A stretch of DNA of 64,000 bases from Chrysomallon squamiferum (lineage: Eukaryota > Animalia > Mollusca): contig CM022673.1 in assembly GCA_012295275.1 (NCBI GenBank), positions 13,144,001 to 13,208,000 of the forward strand, written 5' to 3'. The notes beneath the pieces are model-generated. The model did not search any database. It was given only the letters and a program-made list of their open reading frames with translations, and was not told the origin of the DNA. The position numbers and the translations under genes were made by a program. Positions 1-14,749 of this stretch are shown here, in pieces; the first letter of the stretch is position 1, and the number at the start of each line of letters is the position of its first letter.

Positions 1-2847
1 TCTGCTTACTAATAAACTCTAAATACATTTTTTTCTCTCTTTTTTTCTAAAACATTTTTATATAAAAATCACAGTTACACAATCCCTGGTTTATCCTCTA
101 CGTTTGTGATTATCTGCTCAAAGGTTAAGAAGCTTTTGTGATTAAGATGCAAGAAATGAACAAGCCCCGGGTAATTAGCACAAATTATCTCCCTTATGAT
201 TGTTCTCCTGTGTTCTCCGGATAATGACAAAGAACCAGTAATCTGGATTTAGATTTGACCTTTGAAGTAGAAGAGTGTTTGTAAATATGTTTTGTCTACT
301 TAATTCTTAGAGAAACATGCCTGAACAGGATCCTGGATGTTCTTTTTAAGTTTTTTAAAGTTTTTTTTTTTTTTTTTTTATTTTTTGTTGTTTTTCAAAT
401 TTTAAATGTGGTCAAACTAGTGCAGAATTTTCAGCATACAGATTTTGGATTTTTATTTTATTTATTTATTTTTTATATATTTTTTTACTGTTTCTGCTAT
501 TATTAGTTGTTGATTCTTCTTGTTTTTTTTTTTTGTGTTTTTTTTACTGTTATTGCTAAATGTTATTTACATAATAAAATTTAATAAATAAATTCATTAA
601 AGCAAAATATAAAAGAAATAAACAATATAAAATAATACTGTTCAAATAAAATAAAATAAAAATAAAATAAAAATAATAAGATCACAAAAAAAAATTAAAA
701 AAAAAATTGTATTGCCTCAGTATTTGCCTGATGGGTAAGAGAATGTCATAATTACTTCATTTAGAGTGATCTGCCCTTGATGTGGGCAGTTAATTAGAGG
801 TTACTGTTATAGGGGTATTCATTAACATGCAGCAGATGAACATTTCTCTTCTATTATCTTCTGATAGCACGCACACATCTGTTGAATCGAATAACAGTGG
901 GGCACATGAGTCAACCTGAAGTACTGCAATGAAACTCTCTATTCACCATGATTAAACCTTTCTGCAAAAACTGGGGGCTGATGACTCAAAATGTAAACGG
1001 TTGCAAGGAAATGTCAAAATGTGTGGGCTTTGTTGCTTATTGTTATTTGATATTTATCTTTTATTATTATTTTATTTTAAAATAGTTTTTCTTTTTTTTT
1101 TCGTGTTTATTTTTTGTGCAAAATGTACTAACATAATTGTTGTGATAATACACTTTAAAATAAAATTAAAACATTTTTACTGAATTTCTTTCTCTGAATC
1201 TTTTTAATGTAACATAGATGTGAAAAGATAAAACTGTTTTTCAAAAGAGAATGTAAATTTTGATAAAAAAAACCTCATTGAACTTTCAGGAGAAAGGATG
1301 GTATCAGTATCAAAAAGAGCTATAAATCAAAACCCGATTCAAAACTGAACAGTAGCTGATATAAAATAGCTTTGTCTCATTCAGTTTCTCTAGATCTCCC
1401 TTTCTCTCTCTCTTACACTCTCTCTCTCTCATAATTTCTCTGTCTTTCTTGCTATTCCTTTTTTCTTTCTCTCTCTCTTCTTCTCTGTTGTTCAGTCTAC
1501 ATTTATTTTTGGGGGGACATATTTCTGTTATTTTTTTTTTCTTTCACTTTTCTCCCATTCTTTAATTCTGCTGTCACTCACAACTATTTCTTTCTCCCCT
1601 CTCTTTCTCTCTTCTTCTTTCTCTCCTCATTTCTCTTCCTCTCTCCCTCTCTTTCATATAAATCATTATAACAAATTTTCTGAACAAAAAAAAAACAAAA
1701 AAAAACCCTGAAATAAAAACATCTACCAGCTACTTTCCACAATTTCTGACACATTACATCCACTGCCCAGAGGTGGTAATTTCGCTGTCAGAATCAACTC
1801 ACTCACGGAGCACAATCTGACTCTCTCATGCAGCAATTAATGACTAAATCAAGTAATAACAGGATCCAGCATCGCTCAAAACTTCGTCATTACACCGTGG
1901 TCACCATCACGGTTTTCCTAATTTCTACATCATCATTTTTCTTAACGCACTCCTTTGTTACACTTTCAGCTCAGCAGATTGACAATTTACCAACAACAAT
2001 GGCCTTTGGTGCCTTCAGGGGACGAAGAAAATAAGAAGAAAAAAAAAAAAAAAAGAAAAATGCAAAAAAGAATATAGAAAAGCAGTTTCAAAAAAAGATA
2101 AGAAAGGAGAAAGATTAAAAAAAAATTAAGAGAGAAAAGAAAAGAAGTGGAAATTTTTCAAATTGCTCCAATATCTGTTCTGGAATGGGATTTCAAGGAC
2201 AATGGATATAACTATTGTATCATAATGTAATAAAAAACAAATTCCAGAGTGTTAGAAAAAGCAATTGCCTAAAGATTGTAAAAAAAAAAAGAGAGAAAAA
2301 AAAAAAAATTGTATTAAAGGCAAATAGAGACATGGACAAGCAAATTGAAGAGGAATTTAATTTACAGACAGAATTTACAAAAATTCAAACTTCGAGTCTG
2401 TTTGGTGAGAATGACAGTGACAACTACATAGTCCTTTAGTAACCCAAGTAACAACGTTGTTTACACTAGAGCTACATCATCGTGAGTTACAGTGGACACT
2501 TAATGTATCTCCAACCCTTGTAGTTAGGACAAGTTTGTTAATTTTTTAGAAATTGTGCAAATGAAACATACAACATAATAATTATACTGGACCTGTCCAT
2601 AGTGGACACCTTTGTAAATATGTCACCTGGATAATTAGGACTTTATAAAGTAATTTTAAGAAACATAGTCATAGTAATAAGGTAATTCACAACTGAAAGA
2701 AACCCGTCTACTATGGACACGTTATAATTCAGAACTTTTAAATTTAGCATCAACAATAATAACAACTAAAAAATACAAAAAAATCTAATCAATATCTTGG
2801 CAAATGATTATTACCTTATATAAGTCTATAATGGACATAACATTACT

Positions 2848-3015
2848 ATGCAACGTTGATAAAAGAACCCTTACTGATCTCTTGTAGGAGTAACCCATTC
2901 AGTGGAGTCGGTTGTATTCCCATTCTAAATATTGTTATAACACAAGAGAGGACTTATGTCTAATACTGTTGATATTAAACTATGCTGTAATGTTGTTAGT
3001 CACATTATTCATTTA
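2848..3015 (+). mobile_element. Degraded SINE fragment (central domain, Nin/Deu-like mollusc SINE)
   Basis: ataaaagaacccttactg...gtaggagtaacccat..agtgg shares GTAGGAGTAACCC and upstream similarity with an inverted copy at 57.7 kb. The family call is from recollection of mollusc SINE consensus, not a search. Confidence 0.45.
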
Positions 3016-6000
3016 TTAATTCCAGGCAGGTTTTTATTTTAATTCTTATCGGAAACTCTGACTCACATTTTAACCCAATCCAACCCAAGAGGCTTGCAAA
3101 ACAAATTTAAACTCTCTAACTTAATTTACTGAAATTTGCACCAACCAAGTGAAAATAATGTCAAAATTGCTTTTTTCTTCATTTCTCTTTTTTTTTTTAA
3201 CACTATTTTTTCATTTAAAATAAAAAAAAATAAAAGAAAAAAAGATTGAAAATGGAAACTCACTTAATAATCAAACAAAGTCCACTAATTACTTATTTAA
3301 TATTTAAAGCATTTAGCCATCATAAACATTCTCAGTTTACAACCATTTAAATAAAATTTGGTTGTCAAGGTAATGGAATGAATCTTCTGAAACATTAATA
3401 AAAAAAAAAACAGAAATGTTTAAAATGAAATAAAAAAAATTATGTTTTGATTTTCTTAAAAAATATTACATTTAGTTTTTAATTTTTTAATCACCACCAT
3501 CATTGTTGTTGCTATTATAATTATATTTTTATATTTATTGCTGTTGTTGCTGCTGCTGTTAGTGTTTATGTTATTTCTATTATTGTTGTTGTTGCTGCTG
3601 CTGCTCTGCTGTTGTTATCATCATCATTATTATTCTATTGCATCATTTAAGCTATAATTTCTCTTTTAAACTGCACATTACAAAATTTATGTAAAATCAT
3701 CTGTACATCTTAATAATCTTCCTCAGCACAAGCAGTAAACTTTTTGCCCAATCCAACAACTGCTCTTTGACAGCGCCATTAAAGGCTTTACCACATTCTT
3801 TCTGAGCAGATGCACATGAAAAAGCCTGCACTTCAGTCTATGAAAACAGCCCTTGATGTGGGGAGACCAGGTTTCTTTTCTAGTATGACAGTTTTAAAAA
3901 GTCAGACATTTAATAATAAAAAACTGATCAATACTAAAAAGTGTTGAAAAATCATTACCCAAATTTTCTTTATTTATTTTATATAAAGCTTGTCTTTTCT
4001 TCATAGAAAATTGAAAAAACGTATCACCATGCAGATCAGAATATCTGCTATAAAGGATCTTGTCTTGGAAATTGATAAAATTATTTCCTGTGAAATGTAT
4101 CCGGAAGATGAAGTCATGTGACCAATTAATGTATCGGCCAGCACTTTGCACTAAGCAATTTTCCTTCATTATTTCCAGTGAAAGGCAGAAAACAGAGATT
4201 TTTGTCACGGTGCTGATCAAACAGGGTGTGGTTAATTCACAAATACAATTATCAGTTTTCATGTTCTTTCCAAAAAAACCCATGAAGGATATTTTGTAAA
4301 ATGCATGGTAAAACATTTCCTGGATAAATAAATAATGAAAGATATTAATTTCTCTCTATTTCTTTCTTTGTTGGATTCTGTTTTTCTTTTCCTTTTCTCT
4401 CTCTATCCATCTCTCTGTCTATCTATATCCTTCTTTATTTCTCTCTCTTCTCTTTTATCTTTCTCTCTCTCTCTCTAATCTATTATTCTATTTATCCTCT
4501 CTCTTTTTTCTCTTTCTCTTTCTTTCTAATCAATCAATTAATGTATTTATCTATCTACCTACCTATTTGCCTATCATCCTACCTACCTATCCTTGTATGT
4601 ATATATGTATGTATGTATGTATGTATCTGTTGTTCTGTCAGTGTTTCTGCTTATCTGTCTGTCTGTCTGTCTATATATCTATCCATCCATGCCCAGTTTT
4701 GTTTTTGCTTCTTTTTTTCCTTGTCTTCAGTTACATGTCTATCTTTATCCACTGTGGTTATGTTGATGTGTTTCCTTTAACTGTTGTTGTTGTTGTTGTT
4801 GTTGTTATATATTTTCCTACTTTGATGTCATGTTCTTGCCAACACCAGCAGTTAAGGATGGTATACAAGATACATGATATAAAATTGGCAGTCATCGTAT
4901 TTTTAAAATGGATCTTTATTTCATTTTATGCAACAGGCAGTGTGTAAAGTTTTATGCATTAATCATTAGTTTCAAAATTCTATTAATAATCTGCATAAAT
5001 CTCTGGTTTTGAAATTGTTGCTAATGACAACACCGTAATTTTATTAGGCAATAAAGTCATTATTGAATTTATCACGCCATTTAATAACACGTACAACTCC
5101 GTAATGCCTAATGCAGTTGTCATTATGTCTGAAGCTACAAGAAAATCTCTTAATAACAATTAGTTAGTTGTTTCCTCCAAACTCAGAAGCACCAGTCTTT
5201 TATTCCTATTTACTTCCTCCATGCTTTACCGAGCACAAATCTGCTAAAAAACAGTCCATTTGAACAACAAAAACACCCTGATGTTTTCTGAGAGTCTGCA
5301 TTATTGCAAAAACATTACCAGTCATTACGAGACCCTGCCATCCAACGACTGGCAACATCGGCTTTATTGTTGTTACCGAGTGATAAGTGGGGGGTCTGCT
5401 ATTTAAGCAACCGCTACAGTGACAATTTCCAGACTCGACACAGAAACAAATATCAATAGATGTCAATCAATATTTTCTGCTTAACCCTGAGAATTTTTTT
5501 GAAACTTTTTTTTATCTTTTTTTTTTTTTTATTTTTTTGGACAGGAAAGTTCTTTTTAAACCTTCAGGAACAAAACACCCTGTTGTGTTTTTACCATCCT
5601 GTGTCGATTCTGTGACAATGCGAACAAATTAAGATTGATTTACTCTTAAAACAACATCTTGAAGATATTTTCCCTGTTACAATTAAAGCATCCAGCTGCC
5701 TGTGGAAGCTGAATGGTTATCAAATTAATAGCAATGGAATTATAAATGATAAAATATGGAGAGGAGGGGACACTGTCCATTGTCTGAGATGTGAATGAGG
5801 ATCAAGAAAGAAAACACATGTTGGCTGGATGATGATGATGATGATGATGATGAATAAAAATTCAAAATGTAAAGAGAAAAAGGAAAAAAAAAAAAAAAAA
5901 GAGAGGAAAAAGGTCTTGGAAGAAGATATGCTAATATAATGAAGATGTAGAAAATATAACAAAGAAACAATGGAAGAAAAACAAAAGAGAAATTTATCAA

Positions 6001-6350
6001 ATGTAAAATGATGAAAAATATCAGTTGTCTAAAAATAGAAGAAAAAATAAATGTAAAAGAAAGAAAACTGAAAAAAGAGGAAAAGGAAAATTAAAAAAAA
6101 AAAAGGAGACAAATTTTTAATTTTTTTTATTAAAATAAATAAATAACATGAAATGCAAAAGAGAATATAAATAAAAAAAAAATAAAAAAAAAAGAAAAAA
6201 ACAAGAAAGAAACAGAAATTGAAGCAAACAAGAAGAATAATTATGCAGATAAGAAAGGCGAGACTGAAGTGATAGACACATTTTTTTACACTCTTGCTTT
6301 AAGTGACAAACAGAAAAATATTCAGTGACCTATTTAGTTAGCTGTGAAAT

Positions 6351-6549
6351 TAGTGACAGTATTCTGTGTGTGAGATCATTGACAATATTCTGTGTGTGAG
6401 ATCAGTGACAATATTCGGTGTGTGAGATTAGTGACAATATTCTGTGTGTGAGATTAGTGACAATATTCTGTGAGTAAAATTAGTGGCAATATTCTGTGTG
6501 TGAGATTAGTGCCAATATTCTGTGAGTAAAAATAGTGGCAATATTCTGT
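6351..6549. repeat. 26-bp minisatellite, about 7.6 copies
   Basis: Unit tagtgacaatattctgtgtgtgagat starting at 6351, 6377, 6403, 6429, 6455, 6481, 6507 and 6533. Confidence 0.95.
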
Positions 6550-8879
6550 CTCTTGTCATGATCATATTGTGGAGCCCAGAATAACTTAGTAGTACTCAAA
6601 AGTAAAGTTTCAAGTGGGAAATGGAGGTAAGTTCAAATTTTGTGATTTTTCCAGATTGGGAAATCTGTAAAAAAGAGGGTCAATGGTATATATATATATA
6701 TATATAATATACATCACACACACACACATACACACATTTATGTACACAAAGTCTAATATGAACCATTCATGCAGCTACATACTCAAACTGAGAAATCCTC
6801 TTACAAATGAACTATGCAGACAAGTAGATATACAATTGTATAAATTCATAATTTTCTAAATCTTTTTCAAAAATCTTATTCATCTTTCATTTACTGAAAA
6901 ACAAAAATTATTCTGGCATTTCTCTTTGTCTTTTAACATTGTCGGGTACAAAAAGGTCAACAAACCTTCGCAGTTCATCAAATTATTATTATTTGTCCTT
7001 AACACTGTTTTTTTTATTTGTTCAAGTACTTTTTACTGCCTGTGACCAGTGACCCACAGCCTGGAGGTTCGACTCCTGTCAGTGTAAGTACATCTCTTTT
7101 CCTTGTCAGCCCAAAACTGACTTCTCCAGATCACAAACGACAGGATGATGACAATAACATTTTTATGAGAAAAAAAAAAATAACCTTGACGTTTAGACAA
7201 AGATTGCAAGGAACAAAACATAATGCAACTGACCAAGCAAATTAACAAAAGCCCGAGTTGAAGAGTTTCTGACATCTTTGTTTGATGACAGGCAAAGCGT
7301 GCAACTGTCTGTTTGTCTGTCTGTGAGTCTGGCTTTCTGTTGTCAGCACAGTAGAATGGTTTGTATGGCTGGAGTCAGATTGCAGCCTAAATGTCCTGCT
7401 GTGCGGTTTCCGTGTCCACTGGTGGTCATGGTTTTATTGTGGGGGTAGTGGGGGGGTGAATTTACAGTCCATTGAATGTCATTATGTTTTGTATGTGTCA
7501 ATCCAGTGGTGGTCACTGCAGCATACAAACTAATGATCGTAGATTTGTGAGGAATTTTTGAATTATTAAAGTATGCAACCGTCCATTGATGGTCACTGAG
7601 TGTACAAATTGACAGTTATGGGATTCTTTTGGCGAGGGTCAGTGTGAAGAGTAGATTTTAAGCTTGTCTGTCTCACACTGTTGAGAAAGGAAGGGAGAGT
7701 GAGAAATTAGTAAATTAGTAAATGATTGTGGTTATTGTCAGCTGTGTAACTTCAGTGTCCACAATTGTTTCAGTTTCACATGATTCAGATCAGTGTATGT
7801 GTAAATTTGTTACTGTTGCTTTTAAGCACTACTCTTATATCAAACTACATCACACTGTGACTGACAACTGAACTTAGATACACTAAACAAATAATTAATT
7901 CACACATTTGTTCATTTTACTTATCATTATCATTTTACACTGTTTCATATGTAATCATCATCTCACCCAAATCTTCAATTTCCTCATACCACCATTGTAC
8001 TTATGTCATAATCATTTCAAATACATCATTATTTCACTCAGATAATCTTTTCATGTACATCATCATTTCATATTATTTCATATGTCATCAATATTTCACT
8101 CAATAATTTCACCATCATTTCAATAATATGATCATCATTTCACATCATCATCATCATCATCATTTTTCACAGCAGTTGGTGACAACAGCCCTAACACAGC
8201 CTCACTCAACACATGCCGTCACTCCACCATGCCGCCCAAACCAGCCCCACCCCTCGCACGGCAGACAACAGCTCACATCTGCTGCCACTGATGACCACAG
8301 TGATGCATTGAGGACAAGATTACTGGGCGTGGTTGAAGACCACTCTGCCTGGACACTGAGAGGACTTTATGGCATGTTTGTGAATAGACTGAACATGTAG
8401 ACATCATCTGGTGACTGAGTAATGGTGCACGCAAGCCGTTGTCAGACAGCAACATCATGCTGGGTCGAGCAACATTCACACAACATGTCTAACTCAAGTG
8501 GCAATACAATCTGCCAGTATATAATCAATCAAAGTTTTTATATATATATATTTTTAAAATATTATTGTTATTGTTGTTGTAGTTATTATTATTATTATTT
8601 TTATTATTATGTATACTATTTATTTTATTTTATTTATTTATTTATTTATTTATTATTTGTTTTTACTTAATATGTTTTTTATTAAAGTCACTAATGTCAA
8701 TAGGTGCAAGAGAGAATTTTTTTTTTATATTTTTGTTTGATTTTGTCATCAAAAGTATTATGTCTACATGAAAAAGTTTTGTGTTTGTGTTTGTTTTGTA
8801 ATGATAATGTCAGTAAGTGCAATAGAAAATTAACCATCTAATACTGATAAAAGGCCAAATATTAATAATGTATCAAAAA

Positions 8880-9068
8880 TGGACTAAATATTTGCCTTTA
8901 GACAAAAGACCTGATTTTGACATAAAGGTTACATAGACTAAAAGTTATATACTGAGAAAAAGTAAAATTTGATGAAAAATTACATATTGGCTAAAAATGA
9001 AATTTTGACTAAATGTTGCACATGACTTAAAGTTACCTATTGACTGGAAGTCACATATTAACTAAAAA
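8880..9068. repeat. Degenerate ~18-bp tandem repeat
   Basis: Recurring tgactaaaagttacatat-like units. Confidence 0.55.
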
Positions 9069-11700
9069 CATCTTGGTGATTACATGAAGCAGAATAAATG
9101 GCTACATTTTGTCGTAATTCACTCTCTGTACACTATTAATTTTATACATCACAGTCGACTGGACAGTCAATATCTATCACAGCCATAGATCACTGTGCAG
9201 GGCAAGTTATCACCTCAAGCAAAACCATTTCCAAGACAGAATTAATGCCTCAGTGAACATTTTGTTTCCCTGCTTCCTTTCTTTAGGAATCTCCAACCAG
9301 TTCACCTCTGAAGCAAGAATTGTTCCAAGGACGTGAAATGAGCTTTGGTTATTTCACGAATGAGTCTTTTCAAGAAATGTCTTTTAACACATACTGTAAC
9401 TGTCGTAAATAACAATAAAATGATACGATTTTCTGTTGTTGGGGATTTTTGTTGTTATTTTGCAGTTGTTGTTGTTTTTGGTTTTTGTTGTTGTTGTGGT
9501 TTTCCTGATGGATTTGTATGATTACAGTTTGCAGTAAAAATGTGCATAAGTTTTGTAATTTTATCAGTAGCTGTGTCTGTCTGTATGTTGTGTGTGTATG
9601 TTCAAATGAGTTTATATGCTTTTACTTATGATTATATGTATGTGTATGGATTTGTGTTTGGTTTATGGTTGTGTGTATGTTTGCATTTGTGCTTATGTGT
9701 CTCTGTGTGTGTGTGATGTTTGTATATGTGTTTTTACATTTTGGGTCAACTAGATTAATAAATAACATTTTACACAAATTTGAATTGTATTCATTTTAAT
9801 TTTATTAATTAACTTTTCTACATTTATGTTTTTGTCTTTGTTAGTAATAATATTTATTTTTACAGACAAATTCTTTCATCTCCCACATGTTATTTTATTT
9901 ATTTTTCTACCATAATTAACACTTTCTTTCCATCTTCTTTATTTTTTATATAAACAAAACAATTATTTTCAATTTACAATAGAAATAGTTTTGTTTTTGT
10001 ATTTTTCAATTAATTTTTTTCACATTTATTTTTATAACCTCTCAAGTTTTTTATTTATTGTTTTTTTTTTAGGTTTAACTCAATGATTAACTCAAACTCA
10101 ATTATATTTTTTTCTCATACATTTCTTTTCTCTTAAAACAATTATATTTTTTCCTTAACAAACACATCTATTTTCATACAATAGTATTTGTTCTGTTAAA
10201 ACAATTATATTTTTTCCTTCACAAACATATTCATTTTCATATAAAAATAATATTTTTTTTTTTTTTTTTTTTCTGTTAAAATAGTTATATTTATTTTCAA
10301 ATAAAACTACATTTTCTCATAACATTTAATTTCTGTATCAATTACAGCATATGTCTATTCACATAACAATTAAACTTTTTTCCTGAATTTATTTCAAATC
10401 TCTCCGGGTTTTTTCAATGGTAAAAAATGCCTCAATGCGACACCGTGACATTTCAAACGTGAAAATTGATTTTTAAGTTTCACACCAGAGTCAGACAATA
10501 ACACACAATTACATGATGTGACTCAAACCTTTTAGTCAAGTCTCCTCCCAGTCTTGTACTGTCAGGAGAGACGAAGGGGCAGGTCCACCCCAGCGTAGAG
10601 AGGGGGTGTGGTCTTGTTACTGATGGGGTTTTTTTCTAACGATGTTGCGTAATAATTTGTTGAATCTAAAGATTTATTATTATTATTATTATTTATTATT
10701 TTTATTATTATTATTATCATTATTATTAATTATTAATATAAACATTATCATTATCATTATTAGTTAATTAATTAATAATCAGTACATCATTATCATTATT
10801 ATAATCAATATGATTATTATTTTTATTCTTAATTTTAGATTATTTTATAAAATTAAATTCTTTTTCCAAATTTTAATTATATATTAGCATATTATTTTTT
10901 TAAATACATTACTTTCTCTAACGTTCCTTTTCAAAAAATTCTGCTTTTAAAGTAAATTATCACTTCTTTGCAAAATTTATATAATATTTAATGAAATCTG
11001 CAAATAAAAAAAACAACCTTTTATGACAATAAAGTTAAAAATCTAGTTTTCATTGTCTAATCTAACTTTCAGAGTATCTGATGGGTACAATGGGTTCAAA
11101 ATGCTTCTTTCAGATAACTGTTCAAGTATGCCTCTTATGGGCATAAAACTAATAACTTCTCGAAAATTCTGTACAAGAGTTTTTTAAAAATATTTTCATT
11201 AACGTGACTTAATATACATGCATGGTGATTGTTAGTAGTTCTGTTAATATATATATATATATATAATGTACTTCACAAACTTTCACTGAACTTCAGATGT
11301 GATATAAAGAGGGTGGTCTAATAGTAATCAAGGAAGAGGGAGGCCCTGGGACCCCTACAACACCACCCCCCCCCCCCCACCCTAGATCCACCATGCCACA
11401 CAGCGATGGGAACTGAAAGAAAGTGACAAACCTTTGTGACATCACTGAAGTCTGAGACAATCCGCTGACAAAAACATAATTAGTTTACAAAGCTGCAAAG
11501 TTAATGTTTTATTCCAAAACACACTGATTCCATTACTCCGAGCCTAATGCTGCTGATGACACACTGAGAAAAGAAAGAAAATGGGCCCATGACAGACAGA
11601 CTGAGAGACAGACAAAGAGATGGACAAATTAAATATTTTAAAATTACAACTGGTTGGTTTTGTGTGGAATGTTAATGTCAATCACATAAAGACAAATTTA

Positions 11701-11732
<32 letters not shown>

Positions 11733-12720
11733 AAAAAAAAAAAGAAGACGACGAAGAAGAAGAAAAAAATAAAAAATAGATTCTGGATGCACACACAGAC
11801 AGACAGATTAGCACATTGCTGATGTTGAAAATGAATGTTACTAAAGACTGACATATTTGTGTACTGTGAAAAACAAAAATGAATTGAAGACAGATGGACA
11901 AACAGACATTACTTTTATTATTATTACAACAAGATCATACTGATGTAAGAAATTGTAATTTCTGAAAAATGTTCTGAAAAAAAGTACAGAAGAGAGACAG
12001 AGACATGGATTACAGGCAGTATTTTTAAAACAGAAACATTTTACTTAATTTGTACAATTTAAGTGCTGAATATTTCCCATTCAGATTTGTTTTTGTTACC
12101 AACAGACAAATAGCAGTATTTGAAAGAAAAACAACAAGTAATGGTTGATGAACATGGGGGGGGGAGATAATGAACAAAGTACATTAATTAATGTGTAGCA
12201 TTTATGTGTAAAAAAAATTTTTAAAAATTTAAAATTTAAAAAAATCAATAAATAAAAATATAAATAAATGTAAAAAAATAACAATAAAAATAAAAATAAA
12301 TAAATAAATAAATAAAAATAAATAAGAAAGAAATATCCCTATCTTTTTCATTTCTTTATTTTATTATTTTGAGAATTTGTTTAATGTTTTGAGGATTTCT
12401 CAACAGAGATTAATTACAGATTTGGTTTCCAGTATTTTATGGTTTTATTTGTGTTTTTCTTACACATTTTGTTATGTGCTTTGTAATCTAATTATTATAT
12501 CTTCAGTTATTCATTCATACTTGTATTAATTGATATATTTAAATATTTAAACCTTTTTTTTCTGCATTTCACTTATATATATTTACTTTAAAAAGAAATT
12601 TATATATTTATAAAAAACATGTTCTGTTCTTTTCATTTTTCTTTCAATACAACATTAGAGTTACTCAAATCAAGAACAAGTTTGTAACAAAAATCCTAAA
12701 AATTAAACCCAGAAAAAAAG

Positions 12721-12752
<32 letters not shown>

Positions 12753-12909
12753 ACATTAATTCTGAACCAGAATTTTCTTGAACCAGGTAACCTTGACAAC
12801 ACAATTTTATTATTCTTTTGTAATTTCACCATCCATAAAATATTTTAAGCTTTTTCTACCAATTACTGCTAGTAAACAGATCATAAATTTACCTTACTTA
12901 TGTTTGTTT

Positions 12910-12923
12910 GTTGCCATGGTTAC
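12910..12923. promoter_or_regulatory. RFX X-box-like palindrome
   Basis: GTTGCCATGGTTAC versus consensus GTTGCCATGGCAAC; a second X-box-like site lies at 12787-12800. Confidence 0.4.
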
Positions 12924-13402
12924 AAAATCTATATATAGTTTTTGAGTACAGAGAAACCATAACCATAATTTCTGCTTCACCTGTGATCCTTTATTCTAAA
13001 CTAGATTTCATTGACTGATTAATGAGCTGGAAAATAATTTATATTGACATAAATTATTTCCGTAAAAGTAAAATAATTTCTATAAATGTGTTTTTATCGA
13101 AATGATAAAATTTCTGTAATAAAATTCATAAAATAAATAAATTAATATAATTTTCTTTTAAAAATGTTTTTTTTATAAAAGTAACACAATTTCCGTAAGT
13201 GTAAAATAATTGCATGACCAGAAGATTTCTGTAAACTGCAAAACAGAGACAGGAAACTGTAACATGTAATATATTTGTCACAGAGCACTGTAATTATTAT
13301 TATTATTATTATTGTTACTATTATTTTGATTATTATCATGATTATCGTCATATTTTAATTATTATTATTATTATGACAATGATGATGATGATGATGATGA
13401 TA

Positions 13403-13440
13403 TCTGAGACACGAGAACTCTAACCACTGAGCTAAAAGGT
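13403..13440 (-). mobile_element. Truncated tRNA-derived (SINE head-like) fragment
   Basis: Minus strand TAGCTCAGTGGTTAGAG is a tRNA D-arm/A-box; no B-box or cloverleaf follows, and it runs into a (GAT)n tract. Confidence 0.4.
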
Positions 13441-13540
13441 GTAATTAAGACTTTGTATTCAGCTTGTGAGTACACTGAAATTGACTTTTTCTCATGACTC
13501 ATTTGCAATGAACCATTAATGTACCTTTGGGGAAATCTTT

Positions 13541-13574
<34 letters not shown>

Positions 13575-14072
13575 CAGAAGATAAGATAATTACATTTGTA
13601 ATTAAATAAAATCTGAAACACAGCCTCACAATCTGAAATGATTTTTATTTATTTATTTTTTTGTTTCTGTTTGTTTAATTTTTTAATTCTATTTTTGTAT
13701 TTGTTTTGTGAATGTTTTGTGTGGTGTTGGTATTGTAAATGTTTTATTTATTTATTTGTTTGTTTGTTTATTTATTTGTCTATTTATTTGTTTGTTTGTC
13801 TATTTCATTCATTTATTTATTTGTTTTATTTATTTATTTTTGTGTTTATTTATTTATTTATTTATTTGATGTTTATTTACTGTTTGATTTTATTTAATAT
13901 TACATAATTTATTAATTATTTTCTTTCATCCATCCATAATAACAATAACAAAAACAACAACACCATTCAAGTACCCATGATAAGCATAATTAAGCATTTT
14001 TAATTTTTAATTTTATTTTAATGAAAACAGGTTAACAAACACATATTTTACTTTTACCACATAACCATCAAG

Positions 14073-14118
14073 CCTGTGACATTCATATCAGACCTGTGAC
14101 ATTCATATCAGACCTGTG
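14073..14118. repeat. 20-bp tandem duplication (x2.3)
   Basis: cctgtgacattcatatcaga repeated exactly. Confidence 0.9.
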
Positions 14119-14681
14119 TTGTTGTTTTTTATACAAAAGTATGAACAAAGTGATACATCTTCCTCAAACCACTGAAAATTCTGGACCCACGACAGGCATA
14201 CATGAACAATTTTGATTAAAAATTAGGGATCCATGACAGGCATACAAGAGTAGTACTAATACATTCAGAATTACCACATTTTCCTTATACAATACCACAA
14301 ACGTTTATTCTGATAAAAAAAAAATAAGTATTGAGAAAAAGATGTCTAATCCTGTGAAAATGAAAAGATAATTTTCCAGCCAACCATTATGATAAGAAAA
14401 TGACAGAGCAATTATGCAGGGTTATCTGAACATGCAAACATTTACAAAGGTATTAGAAGATTTATAATCACTGCCCATAGACAGAGGTAATCACAGCTGT
14501 TGTAAAATAAACACAGAGAAAAAAAAAAAAATCTTATACGAGATTGTGTGTAAGTCAGAGGATGTCCTGGACATGTTTGCTTGAAGATTGTTTTGATGGA
14601 AGGATGGTTGAGGTCTGTCCTCGAATTAATTACCTTGGTAGTTTTCATAGAGGTGACATTCATGATGATTTCCAAAATTTT

Positions 14682-14749
14682 GTTTTTACAGTAGTGGCAG
14701 CCATTTTGGTTTTCACAGTAGTGACAGCCATGATTGGTTTTCACAGTGT
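14682..14749. repeat. ~27-28 bp tandem repeat (x2.5)
   Basis: ttttcacagtagtgacagccat(t/g)... units. Confidence 0.75.

Noticed and set aside
7066-7076. B-box GGTTCGACTCC suggesting a tRNA gene
   Set aside because: No A-box or cloverleaf; at most an isolated B-box or SINE relic.
9175-9198. TATCACAGCC, the miR-2/13 family 5' end
   Set aside because: The 3' half does not match and there is no complementary upstream arm.
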